A stretch of DNA of 64,000 nt from a virus. Positions 47,055 to 56,386 of this stretch are shown one piece after another; the stretch's first letter is position 1; every line of letters begins with the position of its first letter. The DNA lies in IMG/VR virus record IMGVR_UViG_3300042991_000201, positions 1 to 64,000 of that record; one strand, written 5' to 3'. The notes below the pieces were generated by a model. The model was not told where the DNA came from. It searched no databases and saw nothing but the letters and a program-made list of their open reading frames with translations. A program made the position numbers and the translations under genes.

Positions 47055-47069
47055 ATATAAGGAGTCTCT

Positions 47070-47819
47070 ATGAATAATGAACTGCAACTTTTCGGTTTTG
47101 ATGGTCAGGACATTAGGGTATCCATGCAGAATGGAGAGCCGTGGTTTGTACTCAAGGATGTGTGTGGAGTGCTTGGGGTGGGTAATTCTAGGGATGTGTC
47201 TGCTAGACTTGCTGATGATGAGAAGGGGGTAGATTTGATCGACACCCTTGGGGGTAAACAAGAAGTAACTATCATCAATGAGTTTGGGCTATATTCTGTT
47301 CTAAGTCGTTCGGATAAGCCAGAAGCAAAACGATTCCAGCGATGGGTCAACCACGAAGTTCTTCCATCTATTCGTAAGCATGGCGGCTATATTGTAGGTC
47401 AGAGTGAGATGAGTAGGGAGGAATTTCTAGCTAAAGCTCTTCGTATATCTGATGATATTCTCAAAGAAAAAGACGTTCTCATTGCTAAACAGGGTCAAGA
47501 ACTTATAGTGGCACAACCAAAGATAGAGAGCTTTGATGCTCTTATGCGTAGTACAGATCACATGAGTATTACAGAATGCGCCAAGCATTTCAATCTTCAT
47601 CCAAAAGTTTATGTATTCCCTTATCTTAGGGAGCATGGCTATCTAACTTCTAAAGAGCTTCCTAGCCAGAAGGCGCTTGATGGGGGTTATATGGTACTTC
47701 GCCAAAATCCTATTCCCGGAACAGATAGATTCAACTCCCAAGCTATTGTACTTAAAAAACACTTGGAGGTTTGGAGGACTAAACTGGTTCCTAAAATTAT
47801 GAAAGAGTTTGATCTATGA
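47070..47819 (+). CDS. Bro-N/KilA-C antirepressor-like protein
   Basis: EPWFVLKDVC...INE.GLY...S.KPEAK.F.RWV..EVLPSIRKHGGY. Confidence 0.92.
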   Translation: MNNELQLFGFDGQDIRVSMQNGEPWFVLKDVCGVLGVGNSRDVSARLADDEKGVDLIDTLGGKQEVTIINEFGLYSVLSRSDKPEAKRFQRWVNHEVLPSIRKHGGYIVGQSEMSREEFLAKALRISDDILKEKDVLIAKQGQELIVAQPKIESFDALMRSTDHMSITECAKHFNLHPKVYVFPYLREHGYLTSKELPSQKALDGGYMVLRQNPIPGTDRFNSQAIVLKKHLEVWRTKLVPKIMKEFDL

Positions 47820-49132
47820 TCCCTGAACACACTCCAGACTATAATACTTTCGACATTCATCTAAATATCATTGACAAAAAGAAGATGAAGGAATTGAATC
47901 TTGATATTACCGATCTTCTTATTGTCCGATGGTTTTATAATTGGTACACTTACCATAAGATGTTGAAAGAAATAGAAGGCGGGGTACCTTATTATTGGGT
48001 GAATTATAGTGCGGTTGTCAGGGAATTCGACATAGCTGGTATCACATCCGTGTCGGGGGCAAGACGAAGGTTATTGAGGCTATGTGGAGAAGAAGGTAAT
48101 GACATAGCTACTCCTCTACTAAAACGTATAACTCGTAATTACAAAGCATACTCATCACAAGTATTCTTTCACCTAGATGAAGCTCTATTTTTCTCTATAG
48201 TCTCTTATGGACATATAGGGAGTGGGGTTTTACCCCTTGAGATAGAAGAAGAGCTAGGGACTACCCAGCAAGACAAAGCCATTGAAGTCCCGGTAGAGGC
48301 CCTTGCTAACCTCATCACCCCCGAAACTATTGCTTTCATTGACAAAGGTTTATCCTTTAATTCCCAATTCTCTAAGCCACGAATCAATCTTACAGAGCCA
48401 TCTAAAGCCCTTATGAATATCCAGACGTATCGTGAAGAGTTGTTGGATGGGACTTTCGTACAGAAGCATCAGAATCAGTTACCATCTAATCTACGTTCTG
48501 TGGTATTACCTTCATTGACAGAAGATGACATATTATCTCGTATGGCGGGGGTGAAACTGGCTAATAAAATTGGCATTGGAGATTATTTTTTGTCATATAA
48601 TCACAATACTAAATCGTATAGCTCTATGTTTATTTCATATATGTCGAAAGCTACCAAGGACAACGCCCCTGCACCAGCACCAAAAGCGGTTGTCACAGAA
48701 GTCAAGACATCCGGGATGCATCCAAAAGCCATAGTGTATATGTCAGATGGCCAAAAGGAAGCACATAGGAAATTAGGGGTTACAGATATGAACACTGTAG
48801 CTCGTGTTGCAGATATCGTGTATACTTGGTACGATTCATACCCTAATATAGTAAAGACTTGGTACGAACAGAATACGGGTAAGAAACTCATGTATAATAT
48901 GAAGAATTTCATGGAGGCTTGGAAAGAGCGTGTCGGTAAAACTGCTGATGAATTTTACAAGAATGTGGTGCCGTTTGATACAAATAACTATCAATGGTTA
49001 CTTTTTGCTAGATATATGTGGAAACATTCAAATGTCCTCTTGCATAATAAACTAAGTTGTGCTATCATTCAATCCAACGATGGTGCTTGGTATTGGGTGG
49101 ACTACAATTCGTTACGCAAAGACATAGGATGA
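47816..49132 (+). CDS. putative replication initiator (N-terminal winged helix)
   Basis: LDITDLLIVRWF...YYWVNY...RRRLLRL resembles phage replisome-organizer wHTH domains. Confidence 0.55.
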   Translation: MIPEHTPDYNTFDIHLNIIDKKKMKELNLDITDLLIVRWFYNWYTYHKMLKEIEGGVPYYWVNYSAVVREFDIAGITSVSGARRRLLRLCGEEGNDIATPLLKRITRNYKAYSSQVFFHLDEALFFSIVSYGHIGSGVLPLEIEEELGTTQQDKAIEVPVEALANLITPETIAFIDKGLSFNSQFSKPRINLTEPSKALMNIQTYREELLDGTFVQKHQNQLPSNLRSVVLPSLTEDDILSRMAGVKLANKIGIGDYFLSYNHNTKSYSSMFISYMSKATKDNAPAPAPKAVVTEVKTSGMHPKAIVYMSDGQKEAHRKLGVTDMNTVARVADIVYTWYDSYPNIVKTWYEQNTGKKLMYNMKNFMEAWKERVGKTADEFYKNVVPFDTNNYQWLLFARYMWKHSNVLLHNKLSCAIIQSNDGAWYWVDYNSLRKDIG

Positions 49133-49324
49133 GGGGGTAAGATGACTTATCTGAAAACCATAATGAGGGAATACGGGATGTCTCGCAGGGAGGCCCGTAA
49201 AGCCATTAAAGCTGATAGGTGGTACGCAAGATTTATTGTGAAGATTACAAGAAAGTATCACAATAATATTACTTGACATTTTCGAGATTCTATGGTATTG
49301 TCTTTATAAAGGTGGTAACCAGAT

Positions 49325-49564
49325 ATGAACATGGACTTATCGAATAAGTATTCCAAAGCAATGGAAGTGTGCGTACAGAATTCGGATCATGCAGTGGCAG
49401 ATGCCCTCCTGTGTGAATTGCTTACGATACTTGGTTATCGTAGTGTATGTGAGATATATAATAGAGTCAGCAAGTATCCCCAGCTCAGTACTCCTTTTGA
49501 AGAGGAGTCAGAGATAGCAAAAGCTATAGAGACTGTGACACACAATAGGAAGTCAAAGAAATGA
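49325..49564 (+). CDS. hypothetical protein
   Basis: TTGACA-17-TATTGT upstream; H..AD.LLC.LL..LGY. Confidence 0.65.
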   Translation: MNMDLSNKYSKAMEVCVQNSDHAVADALLCELLTILGYRSVCEIYNRVSKYPQLSTPFEEESEIAKAIETVTHNRKSKK

Positions 49565-49618
49565 AGTATGGAGACTTTGTAGTATATAGATGCCCATTAT
49601 AAAATGGGAGGCTATAAC

Positions 49619-50365
49619 ATGGAAGATAGAAACGGGACAATTTACATGTATACATCTCCATCAGGGAAGTGTTACATAGGACAAACATGGAAACCCAATA
49701 AGCGCAAAGCGGCTCATCGCGCTATGAGTGGTAATTCTGTTGCATTTTTTAATGCTATTAAATCCTATGGTTTTGAAAACATGACGTACTCCATCCTACA
49801 TTCAGAGGTGAAAACACAAGATGAAATGAATAGACTTGAATCCCTTGAGATAAAAAATAGGGACACACTAAGTCCAAATGGTTATAATCTGAATGGAGGA
49901 GGGGGTGCACAGGGAGTTCGTAGTGCTGAGACTAGAGCGCGGTTAAGCGCGGCACGGCTAGGGAAACACATGAGTCCAGAATCAAGAGAAAAAATCGGGA
50001 GGGCGGGTAGAGGTCTAAAAAGAAGTCCCGAAACACTAGAAAGAATGAGGGCGGCTAATATAGGTAGAAAGCATAGTCTAGAGACAAGAGAACAGATGAG
50101 TATATCTAGACGGGGTAGAAAGCTAAGTCAAGAAGCAAAAGATAATATTGGTAAAGCAGTGCGAGGTAGGAAGGCAAGTCCAGAAACAAAAGAAAAGCAA
50201 AGGAAATGGAATACAGGTAGAAAAATGAGTCCAGAGGCGATAGAAAAAACGCGGATAGCTAATATTGGCCGGAAGGCGTCTCCTGAGACAAGAGAAAAGA
50301 TACGCCAAGCTGGTCTAATTCGTTGGCAGAAGATACGAGATGCAAAAAATTCTAAATCTGAATAA
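49619..50365 (+). CDS. GIY-YIG homing endonuclease with NUMOD3 repeats
   Basis: TIY...GKCYIGQT, PNGYN, repeated G(R/K)x.SxET motifs. Confidence 0.92.
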   Translation: MEDRNGTIYMYTSPSGKCYIGQTWKPNKRKAAHRAMSGNSVAFFNAIKSYGFENMTYSILHSEVKTQDEMNRLESLEIKNRDTLSPNGYNLNGGGGAQGVRSAETRARLSAARLGKHMSPESREKIGRAGRGLKRSPETLERMRAANIGRKHSLETREQMSISRRGRKLSQEAKDNIGKAVRGRKASPETKEKQRKWNTGRKMSPEAIEKTRIANIGRKASPETREKIRQAGLIRWQKIRDAKNSKSE

Positions 50366-50445
50366 GACGCATTATTTTAGTATGTGGGAGGGGTTGATTT
50401 TGTATATGGTGTTGAGTAGTGCATGTACTTCAGGAGGATTAACCT

Positions 50446-50925
50446 ATGAAACGTGGTGATTTAGTGGAATGGGCAACAACTAATTCTAATATGCGAATAA
50501 CAGAACGGGCGGGGCGTATTATAGCTACTATCCCTGCTTATGAGCATCCTAACAACATACTGGGGGAGGCTATATTCTCCCCCACACAAGATATACGCAC
50601 TGATGAGAGTTATGTGGTTCTCATCCCCAAATATGGTGTGTATATGTGGCCTAGTTCCAAGGCTCTGAAGATTCTGACCAAAGACAGGGATCATCTCCTT
50701 GAGAGCCAGACAAAGCCTAGCCTCCATGTCAAAGCAGCTATAGATAGAAGTGACCGTAAGAAGATCAAAGCGTTGGCATTGAAACTGGGGGATGAATTCA
50801 TGGAATCAGATGACTTCCTATCCATTCCAGCTTGGAGAAGGCGCTTTACTTTCGAGACCGATCGTGGGGTGGAATTCATATCCAAGGTAGATTATCTTCT
50901 GGAAACAGAATCCGAATTGGCTTGA
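50446..50925 (+). CDS. hypothetical protein (SH3/KOW-like N-terminus)
   Basis: MKRGDLVEW; AGGAGG SD. Confidence 0.65.
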   Translation: MKRGDLVEWATTNSNMRITERAGRIIATIPAYEHPNNILGEAIFSPTQDIRTDESYVVLIPKYGVYMWPSSKALKILTKDRDHLLESQTKPSLHVKAAIDRSDRKKIKALALKLGDEFMESDDFLSIPAWRRRFTFETDRGVEFISKVDYLLETESELA

Positions 50926-50970
50926 CTTTAATCACGATCTTTATTATATTCTTTGCAGGAGGATGAAGCA

Positions 50971-51117
50971 ATGGGGCGGTCATACAGGATGAAGGCTCTT
51001 GTATCTAGGCGAAACACTTACTTGAAGGAAGAGTTTGACAAGGTACAAGAAGAGGAAGTTGAAAAGGTCATGGAAGAAGCGGAAATCAACTTTGAATCAA
51101 TCGCAGAAGAAGACTAA
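50971..51117 (+). CDS. small acidic protein
   Basis: TTGACT-17-TATATT promoter, GGAGG SD; not in the ORF track. Confidence 0.55.
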   Translation: MGRSYRMKALVSRRNTYLKEEFDKVQEEEVEKVMEEAEINFESIAEED

Positions 51118-51131
51118 GGAGTTAGCATATT

Positions 51132-51440
51132 ATGGATGGACTTAATGATCTCAACCTTGTAGTTATGGAAGGCATGGTTTCTTCTGCCAGTGAAATTAAA
51201 GATGGCTCCGGTGTAGCATTTCAGGATTTTACCCTTGAAACTACTCGGAAACATTCAAATGGTATAGGACATTACAAATTTCCTTGTGTACTTTCAGACA
51301 AAGTTCTAGCATCTGTTGAATGTCTTGAAGTGGGGGATAGGATTCGTATTCGTGGACATCTTCAGGAGTCTACATACATGATTGACGAGAATCACAAATT
51401 CACTTATGGAAAAGTCCGAGTGGACTTCATTGAGATATGA
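51132..51440 (+). CDS. ssb: single-stranded DNA-binding protein (OB fold, no acidic tail)
   Basis: LNLVVMEG...L.VGDRIRIRG.LQ. Confidence 0.75.
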   Translation: MDGLNDLNLVVMEGMVSSASEIKDGSGVAFQDFTLETTRKHSNGIGHYKFPCVLSDKVLASVECLEVGDRIRIRGHLQESTYMIDENHKFTYGKVRVDFIEI

Positions 51441-51603
51441 TTTTTGATACGGAATTTGCGGCTATAGAATTGATTATGGATGAGCTTGCATCTATCAATC
51501 TATATAGTAACTGGACTCAGGATGAACGGGATAAAAGAATTATAGAACAGGAAATCCTTGAAGCCCGTGGGTGCCTAGAGAAGCTAAGAAGGAGGGTCGA
51601 TCT

Positions 51604-51843
51604 ATGAACAAAACATCTGATACTGTAATGGCTATTGTAGGTATGATTTTAAGTATTTTTCTTGCCGCGAGTATAGAAGGGGTCATCCTCTTCTTCGTGT
51701 GGCCTGTAGTTATTCCAGCGACTTTTCCCGGTCTGGTGTCTATGGGGATTCTTGCTCCAAAGTTGTCTATATGGGTGAGTATATGCCTTACATGGGTATT
51801 CAATATCCTATTCAAGCCTATAAAAGCACAGTCAAAGAAGTAA
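51604..51843 (+). CDS. small membrane protein
   Basis: Hydrophobic segments; GGAGG SD. Confidence 0.65.
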   Translation: MNKTSDTVMAIVGMILSIFLAASIEGVILFFVWPVVIPATFPGLVSMGILAPKLSIWVSICLTWVFNILFKPIKAQSKK

Positions 51844-51871
51844 ATTCGCAATAAAGTGTAGGAGTTTTATC

Positions 51872-52762
51872 GTGTTTGATGTGCCGTCTTTCTTATCTGA
51901 TAATCACATTCAGTTTTGGACACATGGTAAGAACTGTCAAGATGGATGGGCTAACATTCAATGCCCCCATGGTTGTGGAGACCACAGTAATCATGGGGGC
52001 TTTAATTTAGCCGAAGGTAGGTATTATTGCTGGAAGTGTGGTGGGCATAGTCTATGGAGTACCATCAAGGCTCTCTTACCTCAAAGTGACCCAACTGCAA
52101 TCATTGAAGAATATGAAGATGCCCCGAGATACTTCATCAAGAAGCGTAGGGCAGAAGCAGTTTCGCTTGAAATGCCGGGAGAACCCCTTAATAAACAGTG
52201 CAAAAAATATCTGATTAAACGAGGATTTGATCCTGATGAATTAGAATTTCGGTATGGATTGAAATTTGGTGGTATCATAGGGGAATGGAAATACCGTATC
52301 CTCATACCTATTTATGATGCCACTGGGAGACTTGTTACTTGGCAAGGTAGAGATATCACAGGGCAACAGGAAGAGCGATATAAGACCCTCTCTATAGAAA
52401 AGAGTGTGGTAAATCCTAAGCATACTCTATATGGGATTGACAAATGTAAGGGGGGTACTGTTGGGGTGGTTGAAGGTCCATTTGATAAAATTCGACTGGG
52501 TGACGGAATACTCTGTACCCTAGGTACTTCTATGACACAACAGCAAATCCGTCTCTTGAGTGCATATTCCAAAATTGTCTTTGTATTTGATCCAGAAGAA
52601 GAAGCACAGCGTAGGGCTATGAAGTATGCACAGATGGTTGCGGCTATGGGGGTTGAAGTAGAAATACTTGATACGGGCTTGACTTATGATGCAGGGGATA
52701 GTACTATAGAGGATGTAGAGATGATTCGTAAAGAAATTTTTGGAGGGGGAGCAAACACATGA
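51872..52762 (+). CDS. DNA primase (Zn finger + TOPRIM)
   Basis: CPHGC...CWKC, QGR, VEGPFD, FDP, DAGD. Confidence 0.92.
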   Translation: MFDVPSFLSDNHIQFWTHGKNCQDGWANIQCPHGCGDHSNHGGFNLAEGRYYCWKCGGHSLWSTIKALLPQSDPTAIIEEYEDAPRYFIKKRRAEAVSLEMPGEPLNKQCKKYLIKRGFDPDELEFRYGLKFGGIIGEWKYRILIPIYDATGRLVTWQGRDITGQQEERYKTLSIEKSVVNPKHTLYGIDKCKGGTVGVVEGPFDKIRLGDGILCTLGTSMTQQQIRLLSAYSKIVFVFDPEEEAQRRAMKYAQMVAAMGVEVEILDTGLTYDAGDSTIEDVEMIRKEIFGGGANT

Positions 52763-52968
52763 CGACTATTACCGTTGGAGAACTTATGGACTTTCTGAGA
52801 GATTACCCAGAAGATATGGCAGTCATGTCTTTTGCTGAAGGTAGGGTGTATCCAGCACTCAGCGTAGATATGGTACCCAAGGATGATAATATTCCGTTTG
52901 ATAGTATCGAGATAGGGTGTGGATGGGTACCATGTAATATGTATGACGATGATGAGTGGGAAGAGTAA
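52759..52968 (+). CDS. hypothetical protein
   Basis: TVGELMDFL.DYPEDM.V. Confidence 0.65.
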   Translation: MTTITVGELMDFLRDYPEDMAVMSFAEGRVYPALSVDMVPKDDNIPFDSIEIGCGWVPCNMYDDDEWEE

Positions 52969-52974
52969 ACAGAC

Positions 52975-53589
52975 ATGGCACAAGGTAAAGCATACGCCAA
53001 TAGAAAACCAATAGATCAGCGCCCTGAAGCTGACTTTTATGAAACCCCATATTCACTTACTTGGGAACTAATTAAACTGAATGTGTTTGATATTTCAATT
53101 CCTGTATACGAACCTGCTATGGGTAACGGTGCTATTTCTTCCCAACTAATCAAAGCAGGATTCACTGTGACTGGTGATGATCTTCTGACAACGGGTAAAG
53201 ATTTTCTAATGCACACTGATGAGCACTACCAACAGATGTGTATGAATCCTCCATTTTCATTGTTTGATGAATTTATAATTCAAGCTAAAAAGTGTTCCGA
53301 TAAATTTGCTTCTATTATGAAAACTAACTTCCTTGGAGCGCATAGTCGGACAAAGAAGGGTGTGTGGAAGAATCTCAGGTGTTTATATGTATTTGATCGT
53401 CAGATAGATTATCGTACTCCTATTCTTGAATCTGGAGAGCTTTGCATAGGAAATCTTATAACGGGATGGGGCGTATGGGATATGTCATGGGAAGAGGATT
53501 ACTTTGAGACACGAGTGCTAGATATACAGAAATATTGTACTCTTGGTAGTTTTGAACGATATATTGCATTACAATCAGTAGTATCTTGA
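52975..53589 (+). CDS. DNA amino-methyltransferase (NPPF type)
   Basis: DFYETP, EPAMGNG, MNPPF. Confidence 0.85.
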   Translation: MAQGKAYANRKPIDQRPEADFYETPYSLTWELIKLNVFDISIPVYEPAMGNGAISSQLIKAGFTVTGDDLLTTGKDFLMHTDEHYQQMCMNPPFSLFDEFIIQAKKCSDKFASIMKTNFLGAHSRTKKGVWKNLRCLYVFDRQIDYRTPILESGELCIGNLITGWGVWDMSWEEDYFETRVLDIQKYCTLGSFERYIALQSVVS

Positions 53590-53604
53590 TGCAAGGAGGG
53601 GGAT

Positions 53605-53946
53605 ATGAACAACGACAAAGAGTTTCCCACCACCGTGGCCAGCGTCTGTTTGGTCACATTTGTTATCATTCTTTCACTGGCAATAACATTCGATATTGGG
53701 TTGGCAAAGGGTAAAGCTGAAGCGATTCGGCCCATAGTGAGACAAGGCGAGTTGCCCTATAACACCCCTGTCATAGTCTACACGATCCGCGAAGACGGCA
53801 CCATTGATGGTGAGTCTGCCATACGCATCGATTATACTGAGGTGCTACCGTACTCGACGACTGGGCACAGTATACCGTTTGATAGGTTTGAAGGGTGGGA
53901 TTACTGGACAGAGCTTGACGTTACGTTCGCCGGATGGAAGCCATAA
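53605..53946 (+). CDS. membrane-anchored hypothetical protein
   Basis: N-terminal TM; GGAGG SD. Confidence 0.65.
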   Translation: MNNDKEFPTTVASVCLVTFVIILSLAITFDIGLAKGKAEAIRPIVRQGELPYNTPVIVYTIREDGTIDGESAIRIDYTEVLPYSTTGHSIPFDRFEGWDYWTELDVTFAGWKP

Positions 53947-53996
53947 CCACTGGCCGCGACGCGCGGAGGGCAGATATTGGTGTGAGGAGTAGTTGA

Positions 53997-54455
53997 ATGA
54001 AAAAGATGGTAGTTGTTTTTGCGGCGTTGTGGTTATCAGGGTGTACTATCATGTTTATGTTTCCAGACGTGAAGTACGATGACATATTTCATGGTCTTCC
54101 TGTTGTGGAAACTATAGGCGATGCATGGCATATCGCGTCCAACGTAGAATACGTGTCCGATGGCTCTCAGGAGATATTCAAGGAGCCTAGAGATACATAT
54201 GCTAGTATGGAAGGTGACTGCGAGGATATTGCGGCGCTTATGCTTGCTATCATAATCAATTCAGGATTAGGTGACGGGTATGTTTCAGTTATACAGTCTA
54301 GTGGGAATACATATCATGCGGTTGTCGAAGTAGGCGGGAGACTGTACGAGGCTCAGGTTCTTGGATATATCTATCCAGTAAATACACGAGTAATCAAGCG
54401 TTATACGCTGTTGGAGTATGTCAAGCATCGCGGTATTATGGTGACTACAAAATAA
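53997..54455 (+). CDS. lipoprotein with transglutaminase-like cysteine protease domain
   Basis: LSGC lipobox; GDCED, HAV. Confidence 0.75.
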   Translation: MKKMVVVFAALWLSGCTIMFMFPDVKYDDIFHGLPVVETIGDAWHIASNVEYVSDGSQEIFKEPRDTYASMEGDCEDIAALMLAIIINSGLGDGYVSVIQSSGNTYHAVVEVGGRLYEAQVLGYIYPVNTRVIKRYTLLEYVKHRGIMVTTK

Positions 54456-54648
54456 AATATCTAGACAAAACATTTAGGGAGAACGAAGAGACTAAGGGAG
54501 GAGCGACCATGACCTATAAATCCTACAAGGAAAGGCTGGAGGCCGAACTCATAGAGCGGGCGACTGGAGCCGCAGACTTATATTTGTACCGCCAGCCAAA
54601 AGAGCCGGTGATCAGGGAGATCCTTAGCCCACCGGAAGGAGACGACGA

Positions 54649-54882
54649 ATGACCGATAAAGAACGTGTGCTGGAATTGCTTACCGCCGTCGACAACGTGA
54701 ACTTCGATATTGCCCGTGTCGAGGAATATGTCAAAAAGAATAAGTATAGCTATTTCAGGGAAAAATGTCAGAAGCAAACCCTTCCGCTTCTTCGCAGCAA
54801 GCGTCAATTGATCATCATGGAGATCGCTGAGGAGATCGACAACGGCGAGGTGGTCAGATTATCAATGGAGGTGAATAAATGA
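54649..54882 (+). CDS. hypothetical protein
   Basis: AAGGAG SD. Confidence 0.6.
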   Translation: MTDKERVLELLTAVDNVNFDIARVEEYVKKNKYSYFREKCQKQTLPLLRSKRQLIIMEIAEEIDNGEVVRLSMEVNK

Positions 54883-55508
54883 GTGACACTACTATACTTG
54901 CATGGTATTTTTCGGATGAATCACGGACATTGCGACATGGTGACGGTCGGAAAATTGAACTTGGTTGCTCACACGAAGTCGAAGGCAACCCAGTTCTATG
55001 CGAACATGGACTCCATGCCTCAGTAAAACTACTTGATGCCCTCAGATATGCACCGGGGCCTGTTGTATATCGCGTCGAGCTGTCGGGAGAAATTGCTATT
55101 GGCGATGATAAAATCGTTGCGCAAAAACGGACGTATCTGGCAGGAGGCATCGATGTATCCGACGTGCTTATGGCGTTTGCCAGAAAACAGGCATTGTCTG
55201 TAGCGCACCTGTGGGATATGCCTGATGTTGTCAAGGAATATCTGGAAACTGGTAATGAATCCTTAAACACAGAGGCACAGGACGCTGCAAGGGCCGCTAC
55301 GTGGAACGCCGCAAGGGTTACCACAGGGAACGCGGTAGGTGCTGCATGGGCCACTGCAAATGCCGCAAATGCCGCAAATACCGTATGGGATTTAAGGGCT
55401 ACTGCGTGGGCCGACGCAGAGAAAATGTTGACCGATATGATCAATGAAGCGATCGAGGCGGCAAAGAAACAAGGATACATCGGGTTTGAAAAGAAGGAGG
55501 AATTATGA
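54879..55508 (+). CDS. hypothetical phage protein (CxxGLH family, Ala-rich tail)
   Basis: CEHGLHAS...DAL.YA...DKIVA. Confidence 0.75.
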   Translation: MSDTTILAWYFSDESRTLRHGDGRKIELGCSHEVEGNPVLCEHGLHASVKLLDALRYAPGPVVYRVELSGEIAIGDDKIVAQKRTYLAGGIDVSDVLMAFARKQALSVAHLWDMPDVVKEYLETGNESLNTEAQDAARAATWNAARVTTGNAVGAAWATANAANAANTVWDLRATAWADAEKMLTDMINEAIEAAKKQGYIGFEKKEEL

Positions 55509-55991
55509 AGTCAATTCTCGGCAAAATGGGTGGGCGATGGGGCAAGTGGTATAGGACTCCGGGGAAAGAGTTCCATTTTATAAAGATACATCGTCCCGAT
55601 GATATTGCACGAGACGTTTATACCATACGATTTTTATGGTGGACAAGGCACTTCCTCTCCGGGATCAAATTATGAAGATATGACCCACTGCCACCATCGA
55701 TCCTGATACAAAGCCAGTGCGGGAAAAGTCCTGCGAAACCTGCATACACGACGGCAGTCAGATGAGTTTCAGGTCTGGTTGTACTGGGTGCGGATCGTTC
55801 GACGAGTATAAAAACTACGATCCAGTGCAGAAGGACTTATAATGAAATGCGAATATAGTACAAATACAGGATTCATTCCGCGTAAATGCTTGTGTGGGGG
55901 TTAATTCTATTGCAGAAGTTGGGTATATATAAAGATGGGTGCCCCTAGCTTACTATAAGAGCTATTACCTTATTGTATACTACAGGAATGG

Positions 55992-56195
55992 TTGTTGAGG
56001 AGGATGCCACTGATGAACTTTGAAACTCCAGATGAAGCAGAGATAGTCCTTGAACGCTCTGGATGGATCATCTATAAAAGATTCATGCGATCTCCAATCT
56101 TCTTTGAGATCGTTCTGTATACTGTAGAAGAGCAGATGGATGCTATGAATTATCTTATCAGAGAATGGGATTACACTATCGAGGCACAGGGATGA
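55992..56195 (+). CDS. hypothetical protein
   Basis: ORF with SD; start uncertain. Confidence 0.5.
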   Translation: MLRRMPLMNFETPDEAEIVLERSGWIIYKRFMRSPIFFEIVLYTVEEQMDAMNYLIREWDYTIEAQG

Positions 56196-56386
56196 CTCCG
56201 GCTATCATTGATGGTTATGGCCCCGTAATAAATCCAGACGATGCTTGTCCTTTCGGGGGAGGGCATAAGTGGGTATTCTATAGGATATTTTATAGTCCTG
56301 TTACTGCTCAATGGTATCAGGATTTGATACGTGAAAAGTGTGGATTCATCTCTCGTGGATGGTCACTAGCTAAACTGGAGTATTGA

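Noticed and set aside
49561-49602. Gene interrupted by the GIY-YIG insertion (MKYGDFVVYRCPL)
   Set aside because: No convincing continuation after the endonuclease
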